Shown piece by piece: positions 1-10,142 of a stretch of 64,000 nucleotides of DNA (position 1 is its first letter; each line of letters begins with the position of its first letter). The stretch covers positions 544,001 to 608,000 of the forward strand of contig CAWGLD010000001.1 of the NCBI GenBank assembly GCA_963823335.1. Reading direction: 5' to 3'. The stretch comes from an uncultured delta proteobacterium (GTDB lineage Bacteria; Desulfobacterota; Desulfobacteria; Desulfobacterales; B30-G6). The position numbers were made by a program, and so were the translations under genes. The notes under the pieces were generated by a model that saw nothing but the letters and a program-made list of their open reading frames with translations, was not told the origin of the DNA and searched no databases.

Positions 1-1212
1 CTTCTCCGGCTTACGACCGCAATACCAGAGATATCCATCCGCGTCAAGACGACCCAGGTCCCCGGTGTGGTGCCAGCCGTTACGAAAGGTCCTTTCCGTA
101 TCTTCCGGCAGGTTCCAGTAACCCTGAAACACCATGGGTCCCTTAACGGCAATTTCACCCACGTCTCCCTGGGGGACGGGTGTGTCGTTGTCGTTCAAGA
201 GCTGTAACCTGACAAGTGCAACCGGTCGCCCTGCCGATCCTGGTCTGTCACTGTAGGGGCCCATGGTGACGACACACGACGTCTCTGTCTGTCCGAACAG
301 GCTGTAAAACGTACCACCGGTCCGCCGCTGATAGGCTTCGATGACTTCAGGCGTGTCGAGACCCATGACCGCTTTTAATGATCCGATATTCTTACCGGTT
401 GTTTCTCCGGCATCCAGGATCGAAGAGAGGATAGGTGAAAAATCAAACAGAATCGAAACCGTGAATCTTTCGATCAGATCCACGGCCTTTGGGGCATCGA
501 ATTTACGCATGTTGATATTCTGGGCACCGGCCTGGAAGCTGTTGGTAGCCATGAACAGACCCCCCACATGAAAGAGGGGTAAGAGGTTGAGATGGACATC
601 CCCTGAATCCAGGTTGAAACCGTGATTCAGCACCAGGTTTGCACACAGCAAATTGCCGTGGCTCAGAAGCGCTCCCCGGGGTCTGCCGGCGACCGCTGCA
701 GTGTGGATGATGACAAAGCCGTCGGTCCCTGCCACATCCACCGGTTCAAACAGGCCATCATTCTCGCACAGGGCTTTCATGTCCTCAAAGGATCCCTTGC
801 CGGCACCGAGCGTGTAAACAGTTTGGATGGACGGCAGCTGATCCATGATCCCGGAAATCATCTCCTGAAATTCCGGATCCACAAACAGCACCACCGGTCC
901 GCAGTCGTCGAGATTGAAGGCCACCTCCTGGGCAGAAAGCCGCCAGTTGACGGGAAGCATCACGGCACCGAGTGCTGCAGCCGCACCATAAAGAACAAAA
1001 TATTCCAGGCTGTTCTGACCTAGCACACCGATCCGGTCGCCTTTTTTTATGCCCTTTTTCTGCAAACCCGCAGCCAGGCAATCCACTCTGTTCTTGAACT
1101 GGCTGAAGGTGACGGCCCTGTCGTCATCGGCCTCGTACCAGGCCGGGCAGCCGCCAAACACGACGGCATTCTGTGAAATCAGATCATAAAACGTGACATC
1201 ATAAAGTCCCAT
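1..1212 (-). CDS. AMP-binding acyl-CoA ligase (3' end runs off window start)
   Basis: Not in the ORF track. Minus-strand reading from ATG 1212 (RBS AAGGAG) gives MGLYDVTFYD..., GIKKGDRIGVL, IIHTAAVAGRPRGALLSH (divergent P-loop), FGQTE and GWHHTGDLG adenylation motifs. Confidence 0.85.
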   Translation of the reverse strand, partial: MGLYDVTFYDLISQNAVVFGGCPAWYEADDDRAVTFSQFKNRVDCLAAGLQKKGIKKGDRIGVLGQNSLEYFVLYGAAAALGAVMLPVNWRLSAQEVAFNLDDCGPVVLFVDPEFQEMISGIMDQLPSIQTVYTLGAGKGSFEDMKALCENDGLFEPVDVAGTDGFVIIHTAAVAGRPRGALLSHGNLLCANLVLNHGFNLDSGDVHLNLLPLFHVGGLFMATNSFQAGAQNINMRKFDAPKAVDLIERFTVSILFDFSPILSSILDAGETTGKNIGSLKAVMGLDTPEVIEAYQRRTGGTFYSLFGQTETSCVVTMGPYSDRPGSAGRPVALVRLQLLNDNDTPVPQGDVGEIAVKGPMVFQGYWNLPEDTERTFRNGWHHTGDLGRLDADGYLWYCGRKPEK

Positions 1213-1306
1213 TGTTGGAATTTTCTCCTTTATCGTCGGCTGGCATGTATCGCTGGCTGGATTAACAACGGCAGTATTGCGGAGTGTGCACAATTCCGGC
1301 TAAATA

Positions 1307-1347
1307 GCGGCGCAGCCGCGTCAGATAACATCGCGCAGCGAGGTTAT
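1307..1347. repeat. Paired GNA-loop hairpin element, copy 1
   Basis: GCGGC-GCA-GCCGC followed by ATAACATCGC-GCA-GCGAGGTTAT; near-identical element at 2640-2680; abuts the uspA stop codon. Confidence 0.7.
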
Positions 1348-1742
1348 TATTTAACCGAAATGACGGGGCAAGACGCTTTCAGGATAATGTATTGCGCTGT
1401 GGATCCCAGCAGTAGTTTGCTGGTACGCGATTTTTTCTGGATACCCACATAAATCATGTCGACCTTGTTCTCATCGGCATAAAAGACAATGTCCTCTCCT
1501 GGCGAAAGACCGCGTGCCAGCTGGGTTACCTCGCATGCAATGCCTTCCTTTTTCAGAGTTGTCTTGATCTCCTCCAGCCGGGTGGTCATCTTGCTGATCT
1601 CTTCCGGATCTTCACCTTTGCCCCCTTCGCTGGAAGAGACGAGCAAGATCTCGGCATCGAAATACCGAGAATGCGTCTTGGCCAGATCCAGTGCGAGCTG
1701 CGACTCTTTGGTATTTTTATAGGCCACCAGTATTTTCATCAA
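1347..1742 (-). CDS. Universal stress protein (UspA family)
   Basis: KILVAY N-terminus; DMIYVG...LLLGSTAQYIILKASCPVISV C-terminal Usp signature. Confidence 0.9.
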   Translation of the reverse strand: MMKILVAYKNTKESQLALDLAKTHSRYFDAEILLVSSSEGGKGEDPEEISKMTTRLEEIKTTLKKEGIACEVTQLARGLSPGEDIVFYADENKVDMIYVGIQKKSRTSKLLLGSTAQYIILKASCPVISVK

Positions 1743-1763
1743 GATCCCCTTTTCTCCGGTTTC

Positions 1764-2585
1764 CTACATCCAGCGCTTGCGCCGCTTATAGGATTTGACG
1801 TCCTTGAATGATTTCCGTCTACCACCCTTGGTGACACCCATGTAAAATTCCTTCACGTCCGGGTTGTTTTTCAATTCTCTGGAAGGCCCTTCCAGAACGA
1901 TTTTTCCGGACTCCATGATATAGGCATAGGTCGAGATCTCCAATGCGATCTTGGCATTCTGCTCCACGATCAGCAGGGTCGTCTGCATCTCCTGGTTGAT
2001 TCGTGTGACGTTCTCGAAAATTTCCTTGACCAGCAGCGGGGCCAGTCCCAGAGACGGTTCGTCCAGCATAAGCATTTTGGGCGACGACATCAATGCCCGG
2101 GCGATGGCGATCATCTGCTGCTCGCCACCGGAACAGTAGCCTGCCAGGCGATTGGTGACTCTGGACAACCGTGGGAAATGCTTGTACATAAGCTCCTGGT
2201 CTTTGCGGATACTCTGAGAACCATCCTTGCGGGTAATGGATCCCACGCGGATATTCTCGTCCACCGTCAGATGCTTGAACACACGACGTCCTTCCGGCAC
2301 CATCACCGCCCCTAGCTTCACAACCTGCGTTCCCAGGACATTGGTGATGTCATTTCCCTCGAATTTGACGAAACCGTCCTTGATGTAGCCGTTTTCCGGC
2401 TTGAGAAGCCCGCTGATGGCCCGCAAGGTGGTAGTCTTCCCTGCCCCGTTGGTACCCAGCAAAGATACGATACTGCCTTCGGTTACGCTCAGACTGACAC
2501 CGCGCAGTACCTGGACAATGTCGTTGTAAACGACTTCGATGTTGTTGACATCTAGTAAATTTCCATTGGATGTTTGCTTAGTCAT
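1764..2585 (-). CDS. livF: Branched-chain/HAAT ABC transporter ATP-binding subunit (LivF-like)
   Basis: Walker A GTNGAGKT, signature CSGGEQQM, LDEPSLGLAP. Confidence 0.9.
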   Translation of the reverse strand: MTKQTSNGNLLDVNNIEVVYNDIVQVLRGVSLSVTEGSIVSLLGTNGAGKTTTLRAISGLLKPENGYIKDGFVKFEGNDITNVLGTQVVKLGAVMVPEGRRVFKHLTVDENIRVGSITRKDGSQSIRKDQELMYKHFPRLSRVTNRLAGYCSGGEQQMIAIARALMSSPKMLMLDEPSLGLAPLLVKEIFENVTRINQEMQTTLLIVEQNAKIALEISTYAYIMESGKIVLEGPSRELKNNPDVKEFYMGVTKGGRRKSFKDVKSYKRRKRWM

Positions 2586-2602
2586 ATTTCATCTATCTGA
2601 AG

Positions 2603-2631
2603 GGGAGGGCTGCACATAGCAGCCCTCCCTT
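2603..2631. terminator. GC-rich hairpin downstream of the substrate-binding gene
   Basis: GGGAGGGCTGC-ACATA-GCAGCCCTCCC inverted repeat between livK and livF; U-tail weak on the minus strand, so it may be an mRNA-stabilising hairpin. Confidence 0.55.
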
Positions 2632-2639
2632 TTATAAGA

Positions 2640-2680
2640 GCGGCGAAGCCGCGTTTCATAATATCGTGCAGCGATATTAT
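2640..2680. repeat. Paired GNA-loop hairpin element, copy 2
   Basis: GCGGC-GAA-GCCGC then ATAATATCGT-GCA-GCGATATTAT; abuts the livK stop codon. Confidence 0.7.
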
Positions 2681-3999
2681 TATTTGATCTTCTTTACAAA
2701 CTCAGAAACGAACGGCGAACCGAGGGCGTAGAAAACACCACCATTGGATACGTAGAGCTGAAGGGTGTCCACACCCTCCCGGTCATCCTCGGAATAAGTA
2801 ACCGGTCCCACGGTGGTCAGAGGATAGTAGGCATTGTAGCCGTTCATGCCCAATATCTCCTCATGCAGGGTTTCACGGGTAATTTTTTTCCCTTTTGCCT
2901 TGACCCGGCGCATGGCTTCCACGGCCACCTGGGCCACCATGATGCCGTTGGTGTAGTTGGAATCGTTGGCCAGATTGTCATCGCGTCCATAGCGTTTGGC
3001 CAGCGCCAGCTGAGCATCCGTCCCCGGCCCCTTGGAGGTCATCAGCTTGTAGGATGTGGTCCAGTAATAGTTTTCAGCGGCTGAACCGGCCAGCGCGATC
3101 AGACCGGGTCCACCGGCATAGTGGGCCCCCAGGAAGGTTACTTTACCGGCCTCACCAAATTTCGAGGCGATCATGCCCAGGCTCTGAGCCCCTTTCAACA
3201 TGGTGGCCACTGGCGGCTGAACCGTGTGGCTGATCACATACTGTACGCCTTTGCTTTGAAAACGTGTCAGCATGGCTGTGTTATCCAGGTCTTTGCCGTG
3301 TTCCACCACTTCCACGAGTTCGATGTTCAGACCGGCGTCAATTGCTTTTTGGACGTCCTCGTAGGACGCACGTCCAAAGGCCGACGGGTGGATGAACATG
3401 GCCACTTTGGCTTTGCCACCACCTTTGTGATTGGCCACGACGTATTCCGCCAGACCGACTGCCTGACTGGAATAGGAAGCAATGGGCAGGAAGATGTAGT
3501 TGGAGTCGATCAGGTTGCCGGCATGAAACGAGGCCGGGAGAACCGGAATTTTCTCTTCTTCGAAGTCCGGCTTCAAGGCCAGGGTGCTGCCGGTGGAGTA
3601 GTTCAGATAGAACACGATACCTTCATCCAGGAAGTCCTCGAAATTTCTTTTGGTGACTTCCGTCTTATAACCGTCATCGCGGATGAAAAGCTCCACTTTG
3701 TCGGCTCCCAGAAGCTTCTCATCGTTGACATATTTGACATAGTCCTCAGCGCCCTTTGAGTATGGGTCGCCTGCATCCGATGTCGGTCCGGTAATGGCGA
3801 GGGACAGACCCATCTTGTAGGTTTGGCCGCCGGCAGGACCGGCTTCAGTTTTCAACTTTTCAATCTGGCCTTGCAATTCAGCATTTTCAGCCGTCAGTTG
3901 TGTAACCTGGGCTTCCTGTTTTGAGTCACCGCAGGCAAACAAGAAAAAGGATAAACAAATGGGAATTAATACGAGTAACCACGTTTTTGATATTTTCAT
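2680..3999 (-). CDS. ABC transporter substrate-binding lipoprotein (LivK/PBP1 type)
   Basis: Lipobox LFAC, short coiled coil, then a PBP1 fold (GLSLAITGP, RDDGY, STGST); sits in the liv operon. Confidence 0.85.
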   Translation of the reverse strand: MKISKTWLLVLIPICLSFFLFACGDSKQEAQVTQLTAENAELQGQIEKLKTEAGPAGGQTYKMGLSLAITGPTSDAGDPYSKGAEDYVKYVNDEKLLGADKVELFIRDDGYKTEVTKRNFEDFLDEGIVFYLNYSTGSTLALKPDFEEEKIPVLPASFHAGNLIDSNYIFLPIASYSSQAVGLAEYVVANHKGGGKAKVAMFIHPSAFGRASYEDVQKAIDAGLNIELVEVVEHGKDLDNTAMLTRFQSKGVQYVISHTVQPPVATMLKGAQSLGMIASKFGEAGKVTFLGAHYAGGPGLIALAGSAAENYYWTTSYKLMTSKGPGTDAQLALAKRYGRDDNLANDSNYTNGIMVAQVAVEAMRRVKAKGKKITRETLHEEILGMNGYNAYYPLTTVGPVTYSEDDREGVDTLQLYVSNGGVFYALGSPFVSEFVKKIK

Positions 4000-4154
4000 C
4001 TGAACCTCCTTACAGGGTTTGTGGAACGATTAAGCATGACATCGACTTTTTCCCAACTCATGATACACAAATATGAATTATAAAACCACGATTCTGCCGA
4101 TTGTATATGGATTCAAGCGACAAAACCGGAAAAAATAGTTCAGGATGCTGCCCG

Positions 4155-5249
4155 TCAGTACCGAAACGGCCACAACTTGAAATAGGATCTCACGATGCGC
4201 CACCAGTTAGCGATCCCCCGCGGCTCGAACATCAGGAACAGGACGATGACCAGACCGAAGGACAGCGGCCGAAACGCCGTTGCCACATCCCCTAAGGCCG
4301 TGAAGTAGTGACCCACGAATTCGGCCAGGTTTTCCACCTGCAGCTCCAGCATCAGGATGGCTGCCGGCCCAACAAACGAACCCACCAGGGTTCCCAGACC
4401 GCCCACGATGGCCATGGCCAGATAAGAAATGGAGTGGTGCAGCGTAAAGGATTCAAAGCCCACCCCCCGCCACAGATAAGCGTGCAGGGCACCGGCCACC
4501 CCGGCAAAAAAACCTGCCAGGGCAAAAGCGTAGACTTTGGTAAACCCAGGGTGCATGCCCATGGCATCTGCGGCTCGATCGTTGTCGCGCACCGCCACCA
4601 GACTTCTGCCGTAGCGGGTGCGCAGCAGGTTGCGCACCGCAAATCCCAGAATCACCACAATGACCAGGATGGCGTAGTACCAGAAAAGATAGTGTTCATC
4701 ACGGGCCACCTCGCCCGTGAACCAGAAGACCCGGCCGATGGCGATGGTCTGCCCCTGGTTGAAAAATTTCGTGAAGTTGATGAACCATTGAAATATCATC
4801 TGGAAAGAAAGGGTGGCGATCACCAGGTAGAGGTGCTTCAATCGCAGCGACGGTAAGCCCACCACGCCACCGATGAATGAACCCACGCATCCTGCCACCA
4901 AAATCATCAGAGGCCAGAAATGGGTCAGCAATATGTGGTCGCTTCCGAGTATGCGGGAAAAGGAGGCCAGTGTGTAGGCGCCTACACCCACAAAGGCGGC
5001 GTGACCGATGGAAATCAGACCGGCAAATCCGGTCAAAAGATTCAGGCCGTACACGGCCACAATAGCAATCAGAATGCTGTCGACCACCAGCATGTATTTG
5101 CTGCCCACCTCGAATATAAGCGGCCAAGCAAACAGCAGCACCAGGAAGCAGATAAAAACCAGGCGATCGATATGCGTCAGAAATATGCGCTGTTCGGTCT
5201 TGTATGAGGTAAAGAAATTACCCGTGGCTAACCATCTATTTTCAGACAT
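4155..5249 (-). CDS. livM: HAAT ABC transporter permease (LivM-like)
   Basis: GLNLLTGFAGLISIGHAAFVGVGAY, LRLKHLYLVIATL, AVRDNDRAA motifs. Confidence 0.9.
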   Translation of the reverse strand: MSENRWLATGNFFTSYKTEQRIFLTHIDRLVFICFLVLLFAWPLIFEVGSKYMLVVDSILIAIVAVYGLNLLTGFAGLISIGHAAFVGVGAYTLASFSRILGSDHILLTHFWPLMILVAGCVGSFIGGVVGLPSLRLKHLYLVIATLSFQMIFQWFINFTKFFNQGQTIAIGRVFWFTGEVARDEHYLFWYYAILVIVVILGFAVRNLLRTRYGRSLVAVRDNDRAADAMGMHPGFTKVYAFALAGFFAGVAGALHAYLWRGVGFESFTLHHSISYLAMAIVGGLGTLVGSFVGPAAILMLELQVENLAEFVGHYFTALGDVATAFRPLSFGLVIVLFLMFEPRGIANWWRIVRSYFKLWPFRY

Positions 5250-5252
5250 AAC

Positions 5253-6146
5253 TTATACCCGTTCTATTTCATGGATACCAAAAAGACCATGGGGCTTGAA
5301 CAACAGAATGACCAAAAGGATTATGTAGGGCAGCACATCCGCCGTGCCGTTCAGACCCCAATTGCCGTCCAGGTAACCAGCGGCAAACTGCTGGATCAAC
5401 CCCATAATGATGCCGGCCACAATAGCCCCGAATATGGAATCCAGCCCACCCACGATCACCACCGGAAACACGATGATGCCGAATGATTGCAGCACATCAA
5501 AATTCAATCCCGTGATATTGCCGAGAATACCGCCGGCCGCAGCCGCACTCAGGCCGGCAGCGGCCCAGGCAAGGCCGAACACCTTCGGGACCGAAATGCC
5601 GATGGACATGGAAGCGAACTGATCGTCCGACACCGCCCGCATGGAGATACCCACCGTGGATGCCTTGAAGAACCAGGTAAATGCGCCGATCATGATGAAG
5701 GTGATGACCACGCCCACCAGTTGGGTCCAGGAGATTGAGATGCCCAAGAATGCTATGGGTGTCTTGGGTAAAAATTCCGGAAACGAAAAATTTCCTGCGC
5801 CAAAAGGCGTCATGTAGATGATACCATCGATGATGGACATCAACCCGATGGTTACCATGATGACCGATATGATAGGTTCACCGATGAGTCTACGCAGAAA
5901 CACACGCTCCACACTCATGGCCAGGAAAAAGGTAATAACCATGCTCAGCAGAAAAGAAATCACGATGTGGATGCCCACAAAGACAGTGAGGGCATAGGTG
6001 ATGAAAGCCCCGGCAGCGATGATCTGCCCGTGGGCAATGTTCAGCACACGGCTCGACTTATAGATCAGCACAAACCCCAGGGCCGAAAGCGCATAGATGG
6101 ATCCCACCACCACACCGCTGATGACCAGTTGAAAAAAATAACTCAT
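5253..6146 (-). CDS. livH: HAAT ABC transporter permease (LivH-like)
   Basis: GSIYALSALGFVLIYK, NIAHG, MRAVSDD, VGGLDS, KPHGLFG. Confidence 0.9.
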   Translation of the reverse strand: MSYFFQLVISGVVVGSIYALSALGFVLIYKSSRVLNIAHGQIIAAGAFITYALTVFVGIHIVISFLLSMVITFFLAMSVERVFLRRLIGEPIISVIMVTIGLMSIIDGIIYMTPFGAGNFSFPEFLPKTPIAFLGISISWTQLVGVVITFIMIGAFTWFFKASTVGISMRAVSDDQFASMSIGISVPKVFGLAWAAAGLSAAAAGGILGNITGLNFDVLQSFGIIVFPVVIVGGLDSIFGAIVAGIIMGLIQQFAAGYLDGNWGLNGTADVLPYIILLVILLFKPHGLFGIHEIERV

Positions 6147-8071
6147 GCAACCCCTTCCATTGTGTAAAACAACATTTCAGCCTCCACGGTCGTGGTCTGG
6201 CCATCCTGGTATTGGAAATCAGCTTCGACTTGCTTTTTGTGGACGCTCTCATCGTAAAGCGCTTCGTAGAGGTCCTTGTATTTTTCCATGACAAATTTCC
6301 GTCGTATTTTTCCGGTTTTGGTCAGCTCACCGTCATCCATGTCCAGCAGTTTGTACAAAACAGCGAAGCGTTTGATCCTGAAATGGTCTTTTTCCGCCCG
6401 TGCGTTGACGTCGGCCACCGCTTCTTTAAGTAGTTCCGCGACCTCCGGTTTGCCGGAAAGATCCATGTAGGTGGTGAAGGATATGCCCCGATCTTCGGCC
6501 CATTTACCCACCACAATGGGGTCGACATTGACCAGCGCCGCCACATAATCCCGTTGGTTCCCGAAAATAACCGCCTCCTTGATATAAGGGCTGAATTTGA
6601 GTTTGTTTTCCAGGAACATGGGGCTGAACATCTCGCCTTTGCTGTTGTGCATCACATCGGATACCCGGTCGATGACCACCAGATGACCGTTCTCGTCGAT
6701 ATATCCGGCATCCCCCGAGTGCATCCATCCGTCATGCAGCAACTCATCGGTTTTTTCGTCCTGCTTGAAATATCCCTTACACACCGAAGGCGAGCGCGAC
6801 AGAATCTCGCCTGCTTCGCTTATTTTGCACTCGGTTTCAGGCAAGGGCTTACCCACCGTATCCGGACGGACATCCCCGTCCCTGTGCATATAGGCAATGC
6901 CGACAATCTCCGTCTGTCCGTAGATCTGTTTCAGGTTAACACCGATAGCCTGGTAAAAGGTGAACAGCTCGGGACCCAGTGCTGCACCACCGGTGTAGGC
7001 CCTGCGCAGCCTGCTCAGACCGATCTGGTTGATCAACGGGTCCGTTACCAGGATCTTTCCCAGCCAGGCCATGAAACGCAGGGATGCGGGCATTTTTTCC
7101 CCGCGCATCCGGTATTGGGCCGCTTTCTCCCCGATCCTGATAAACTTGTTGTAGGCCAAACGGTTGAGCCAGTAGGATTCGTCTATTTTCAGCCAGATCT
7201 GCGAACGTATGGTTTCGTATATCCTAGGTGCGCCAAACATGAAATGGGGTCCGACCTCCTTGAGGTCCTCCATACTGGTTTCCACCGATTCCGGAAAGTT
7301 GATGGTGATGCCGGTGGCCATGGCCACACCAAAAGAGTTCATTTGCTCACCGATCCAGGCAAAGGGCAAAAAAGAAACATATTCGTCGGTATCTTCCAGG
7401 CGATCGACCTTGGAAAGTTGAATCCCCATATTGATGTAGTTTCTGTGGGTCATCATAGATGCCTTGGGCAGACCGGTGGTACCCGAGGTCAAGCAGAAAT
7501 GACACACGTCTTCCGGGTTTCCCTGCTCGATCATGGCCTCATATTTTTCGGGCTGCTCTGCGTGAATTTCTGCGCCCATTTCGTAGAGATCTTTTATGAG
7601 TAGAAACCAGTCATCGGACCGATAGCTGCGCATGCCACGCGGATCTTCGTAGATGACTTTCCGCACCCGGGGGATACGCTCGCGGATATCAACCAGTTTA
7701 TCTACCTGCTCCTGATCGTCGCAAAAAACGGCCGTGACGTCCATATAGTTGATCAAATCGGCTATTTCATCGGGCAGAGTGGTTTGATATATTCCGGCCG
7801 AGACCGCGCCCAGGGACTGGGCACCAATGGCCATGAACAACATTTCCGGGATATTGTCCCCTATCAGGGCTAGTTTGTCGCCTTTCTTGACACCCACTTT
7901 TTCTAGCCCCAGGGCAATCTTCCTTACGTATTCGTAATAGTCGTTCCAGGTGTAGTTATTCCAGTATCCGAAATCCTTTTCGCGCAAAGCGACTTTCGTC
8001 CCGGTCTCTTTGACCCGCCAGCGTAATAGCTGGGGAATAGTGAGTTCTAATAACTGATTATTGTCTTTCAT
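6143..8071 (-). CDS. Long-chain-fatty-acid--CoA ligase (AMP-binding)
   Basis: TSGTTGLPK, YGQTE, GWMHSGDAG, ELTKTGKIRR motifs. Confidence 0.9.
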   Translation of the reverse strand: MKDNNQLLELTIPQLLRWRVKETGTKVALREKDFGYWNNYTWNDYYEYVRKIALGLEKVGVKKGDKLALIGDNIPEMLFMAIGAQSLGAVSAGIYQTTLPDEIADLINYMDVTAVFCDDQEQVDKLVDIRERIPRVRKVIYEDPRGMRSYRSDDWFLLIKDLYEMGAEIHAEQPEKYEAMIEQGNPEDVCHFCLTSGTTGLPKASMMTHRNYINMGIQLSKVDRLEDTDEYVSFLPFAWIGEQMNSFGVAMATGITINFPESVETSMEDLKEVGPHFMFGAPRIYETIRSQIWLKIDESYWLNRLAYNKFIRIGEKAAQYRMRGEKMPASLRFMAWLGKILVTDPLINQIGLSRLRRAYTGGAALGPELFTFYQAIGVNLKQIYGQTEIVGIAYMHRDGDVRPDTVGKPLPETECKISEAGEILSRSPSVCKGYFKQDEKTDELLHDGWMHSGDAGYIDENGHLVVIDRVSDVMHNSKGEMFSPMFLENKLKFSPYIKEAVIFGNQRDYVAALVNVDPIVVGKWAEDRGISFTTYMDLSGKPEVAELLKEAVADVNARAEKDHFRIKRFAVLYKLLDMDDGELTKTGKIRRKFVMEKYKDLYEALYDESVHKKQVEADFQYQDGQTTTVEAEMLFYTMEGVA

Positions 8072-8077
8072 ACCGGT

Positions 8078-8839
8078 CTAATCTTCTCCAATGTAGGCTT
8101 CGACAACCTTGGGAATTTTCACTACTTCTTCCGGTGTTCCAGAGCCGATCAGCTCACCGAAATCGAGCACATAGATACGGTCCGATATGTCCATGACCAC
8201 ACCCAGATCGTGCTCCACCAGAATAACCGTGGCGTTTCGCTCCTTCTGTATATCGATGATGAACCGCACCATATCCTCTTTTTCTTCGATATTCATGCCT
8301 GCCATGGGTTCGTCAAGTAGAAGCAGCTCCGGGGCCAGGGTGAGGGCGCGGGCGACTTCGACCCGCTTTTGAATCCCGTAACTGAGGTTCCCCACCGTAT
8401 GTTTTCGATAAGGCTCCAATTCCATAAAATCGATAACCTCTTCCACATACGCCCGGTTCTTCGATTCTTCTCTGGAGGTTTTTCCGAGAAAGACCATAGC
8501 CTGCAGAAGGTTGTATTTCAATTTTTGATGCCTGGCCAGCATCAGGTTGTCCAGCACCGTCATACCCCTGAACAATTCGAGGTTTTGAAAAGCGCGGGCA
8601 ATGCCCATGCTTGATACCTGATGCGGACTGGCCTTTGAAAGACTTTTATCCCGGTAATGAATGTCACCTGACGTGGGGTGATAAAACCCGGAGATACAAT
8701 TGAGCAGGCTGGTTTTTCCGGCACCGTTGGGCCCGATGATGGAGGTGATCAGGCCCGGCTCGATATCCATGCTCACATTGGAAAGCGCTGCCAACCCACC
8801 AAAGGTGAGTGTAATGTCCTCAATTTTTAATCTGGCCAT
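8078..8839 (-). CDS. livG: HAAT ABC transporter ATP-binding subunit (LivG-like)
   Basis: GPNGAGKT, LSYGIQKRVE, LDEPMAG, VEHD. Confidence 0.9.
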   Translation of the reverse strand: MARLKIEDITLTFGGLAALSNVSMDIEPGLITSIIGPNGAGKTSLLNCISGFYHPTSGDIHYRDKSLSKASPHQVSSMGIARAFQNLELFRGMTVLDNLMLARHQKLKYNLLQAMVFLGKTSREESKNRAYVEEVIDFMELEPYRKHTVGNLSYGIQKRVEVARALTLAPELLLLDEPMAGMNIEEKEDMVRFIIDIQKERNATVILVEHDLGVVMDISDRIYVLDFGELIGSGTPEEVVKIPKVVEAYIGED

Positions 8840-8992
8840 AACTAAATAGTGTTCGCTTGTTAATAGGATTACATGAAAATAAAAAAAATCCGAAAGCAGG
8901 CATAACGGTTGTGATCTGTTTCAGATCCTTTTCAGCGACAATGCTGAGTTGTTGCATTTATAATATGAACAAAGTTCATTTACAAGGTGAAA

Positions 8993-9021
8993 TTTATAGC
9001 CAAAGCCGCATATAAGGTCAA
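8993..9021 (-). promoter_or_regulatory. Putative sigma70 promoter of the liv/ligase operon
   Basis: Minus strand TTGACC-17 nt-TATAAA. Confidence 0.55.
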
Positions 9022-9172
9022 GTGGCTAATTTACTTTCATTGCATTTTATGACATGCCCGAAGATAATCTTTGGACGGGCAAACCTGTCACGCAGCTGCT
9101 AATGCAATAATTGTGACTACTTTATAGCTATGTTCTAATTTTTGTCAAACAAAATAAAATCGTTACCCAATT

Positions 9173-9823
9173 TTAAAGAATGACCACCTTTTTGACATAA
9201 TTGACGATCTCTTCAGGCTCGTCCATAATCTGAAAAATCTCCATATCCTTCGACGAAACCCGATTGTCTGCAAGAAGCCGGTTCTCGATCCATTCCTTCA
9301 TACCACCCCAGTAATCACTGCCCACCAGAATGATGGGAAGCGGCCGGATCCGGTGGGTTTGAACCAGGGTCACGACTTCGAACAATTCATCGAGAGTTCC
9401 AAATCCTCCGGGCATGGCAATAAAGGCGGTAGCATATTTTATGAACATGACCTTTCGAATGAAAAAATACTTGAATTCGAGTTTCACATTCGCATATTCA
9501 TTCGGTTTCTGCTCAAAGGGCAGATGGATGTTGAGACCCGCCGAAGTGCCACCGGCCGCCGCCGCGCCCTTGTTTGCCGCCTCCATGACCCCGCCGCCGC
9601 CGCCCGTGATGACGGCAAACTTGTTTTCCGCAAACAGACCGGCTATTTTTTCTGTTTTACAATAAATGGGATCCTCCGGGGCAACCCTGGCGGACCCGAA
9701 GATACTCACCGCCGGCCCCAGATCGTGGAGAGCTTCGACGCCATCCACAAATTCCCCCATAATCTTGAAAAGACGCCACGATTCTCCAAGTTTAAAATCA
9801 TCGATAACAAATTGTTTTTCCAT
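9173..9823 (-). CDS. LOG family nucleotide phosphoribohydrolase (TIGR00730)
   Basis: SIFGSAR, TGGGGGVMEA, RK, PGGFGTLDE motif. Confidence 0.9.
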   Translation of the reverse strand: MEKQFVIDDFKLGESWRLFKIMGEFVDGVEALHDLGPAVSIFGSARVAPEDPIYCKTEKIAGLFAENKFAVITGGGGGVMEAANKGAAAAGGTSAGLNIHLPFEQKPNEYANVKLEFKYFFIRKVMFIKYATAFIAMPGGFGTLDELFEVVTLVQTHRIRPLPIILVGSDYWGGMKEWIENRLLADNRVSSKDMEIFQIMDEPEEIVNYVKKVVIL

Positions 9824-9864
9824 TATTTAATTCCTCTATTTAGTTCCTCGAACTTTCTTCAGTT

Positions 9865-10115
9865 TTTTAGGGGTTTAGACTGTAGACTCAATGCCGTTAA
9901 CTTAATGATGTAGCGCAGAGCTTCAGCTCTGCCCGTACACCGTTATAGCAGGCCTAAAGACCTGCGCTACATTGCGTGGAGCCGGGTACCACCTTAAATC
10001 AATGACCTTGACTGTAGACTATAAGGTGCGTCCGCCCCTCTCCAACCCTTGTATCACCCTCAAACCCTCTTATCACCCTTGTATCCCCCTCAAACCCTTC
10101 ACTTCTCCAACCCTG
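9865..10115 (-). repeat. G-tract post-stop element (minus copy) with nested REP doublet
   Basis: Reverse complement has GGGTGATACAAGGG units plus GCACC...AGTCTACAGTC as in the plus-strand copies; GACTGTAGACT occurs on both sides of the REP doublet. Confidence 0.6.
9908..9972. repeat. GTAG-family REP doublet (REPIN-like)
   Basis: GTAG-CGCAGAGC-TTCA-GCTCTGC and an inverted GTAG-CGCAGGTC-TTTA-GGCCTGC; outer arms ATGTAGCGCAG/CTGCGCTACAT. Confidence 0.7.
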
Positions 10116-10142
10116 GTCTCTCCCGGCCGCCCGCCGGGTGGT

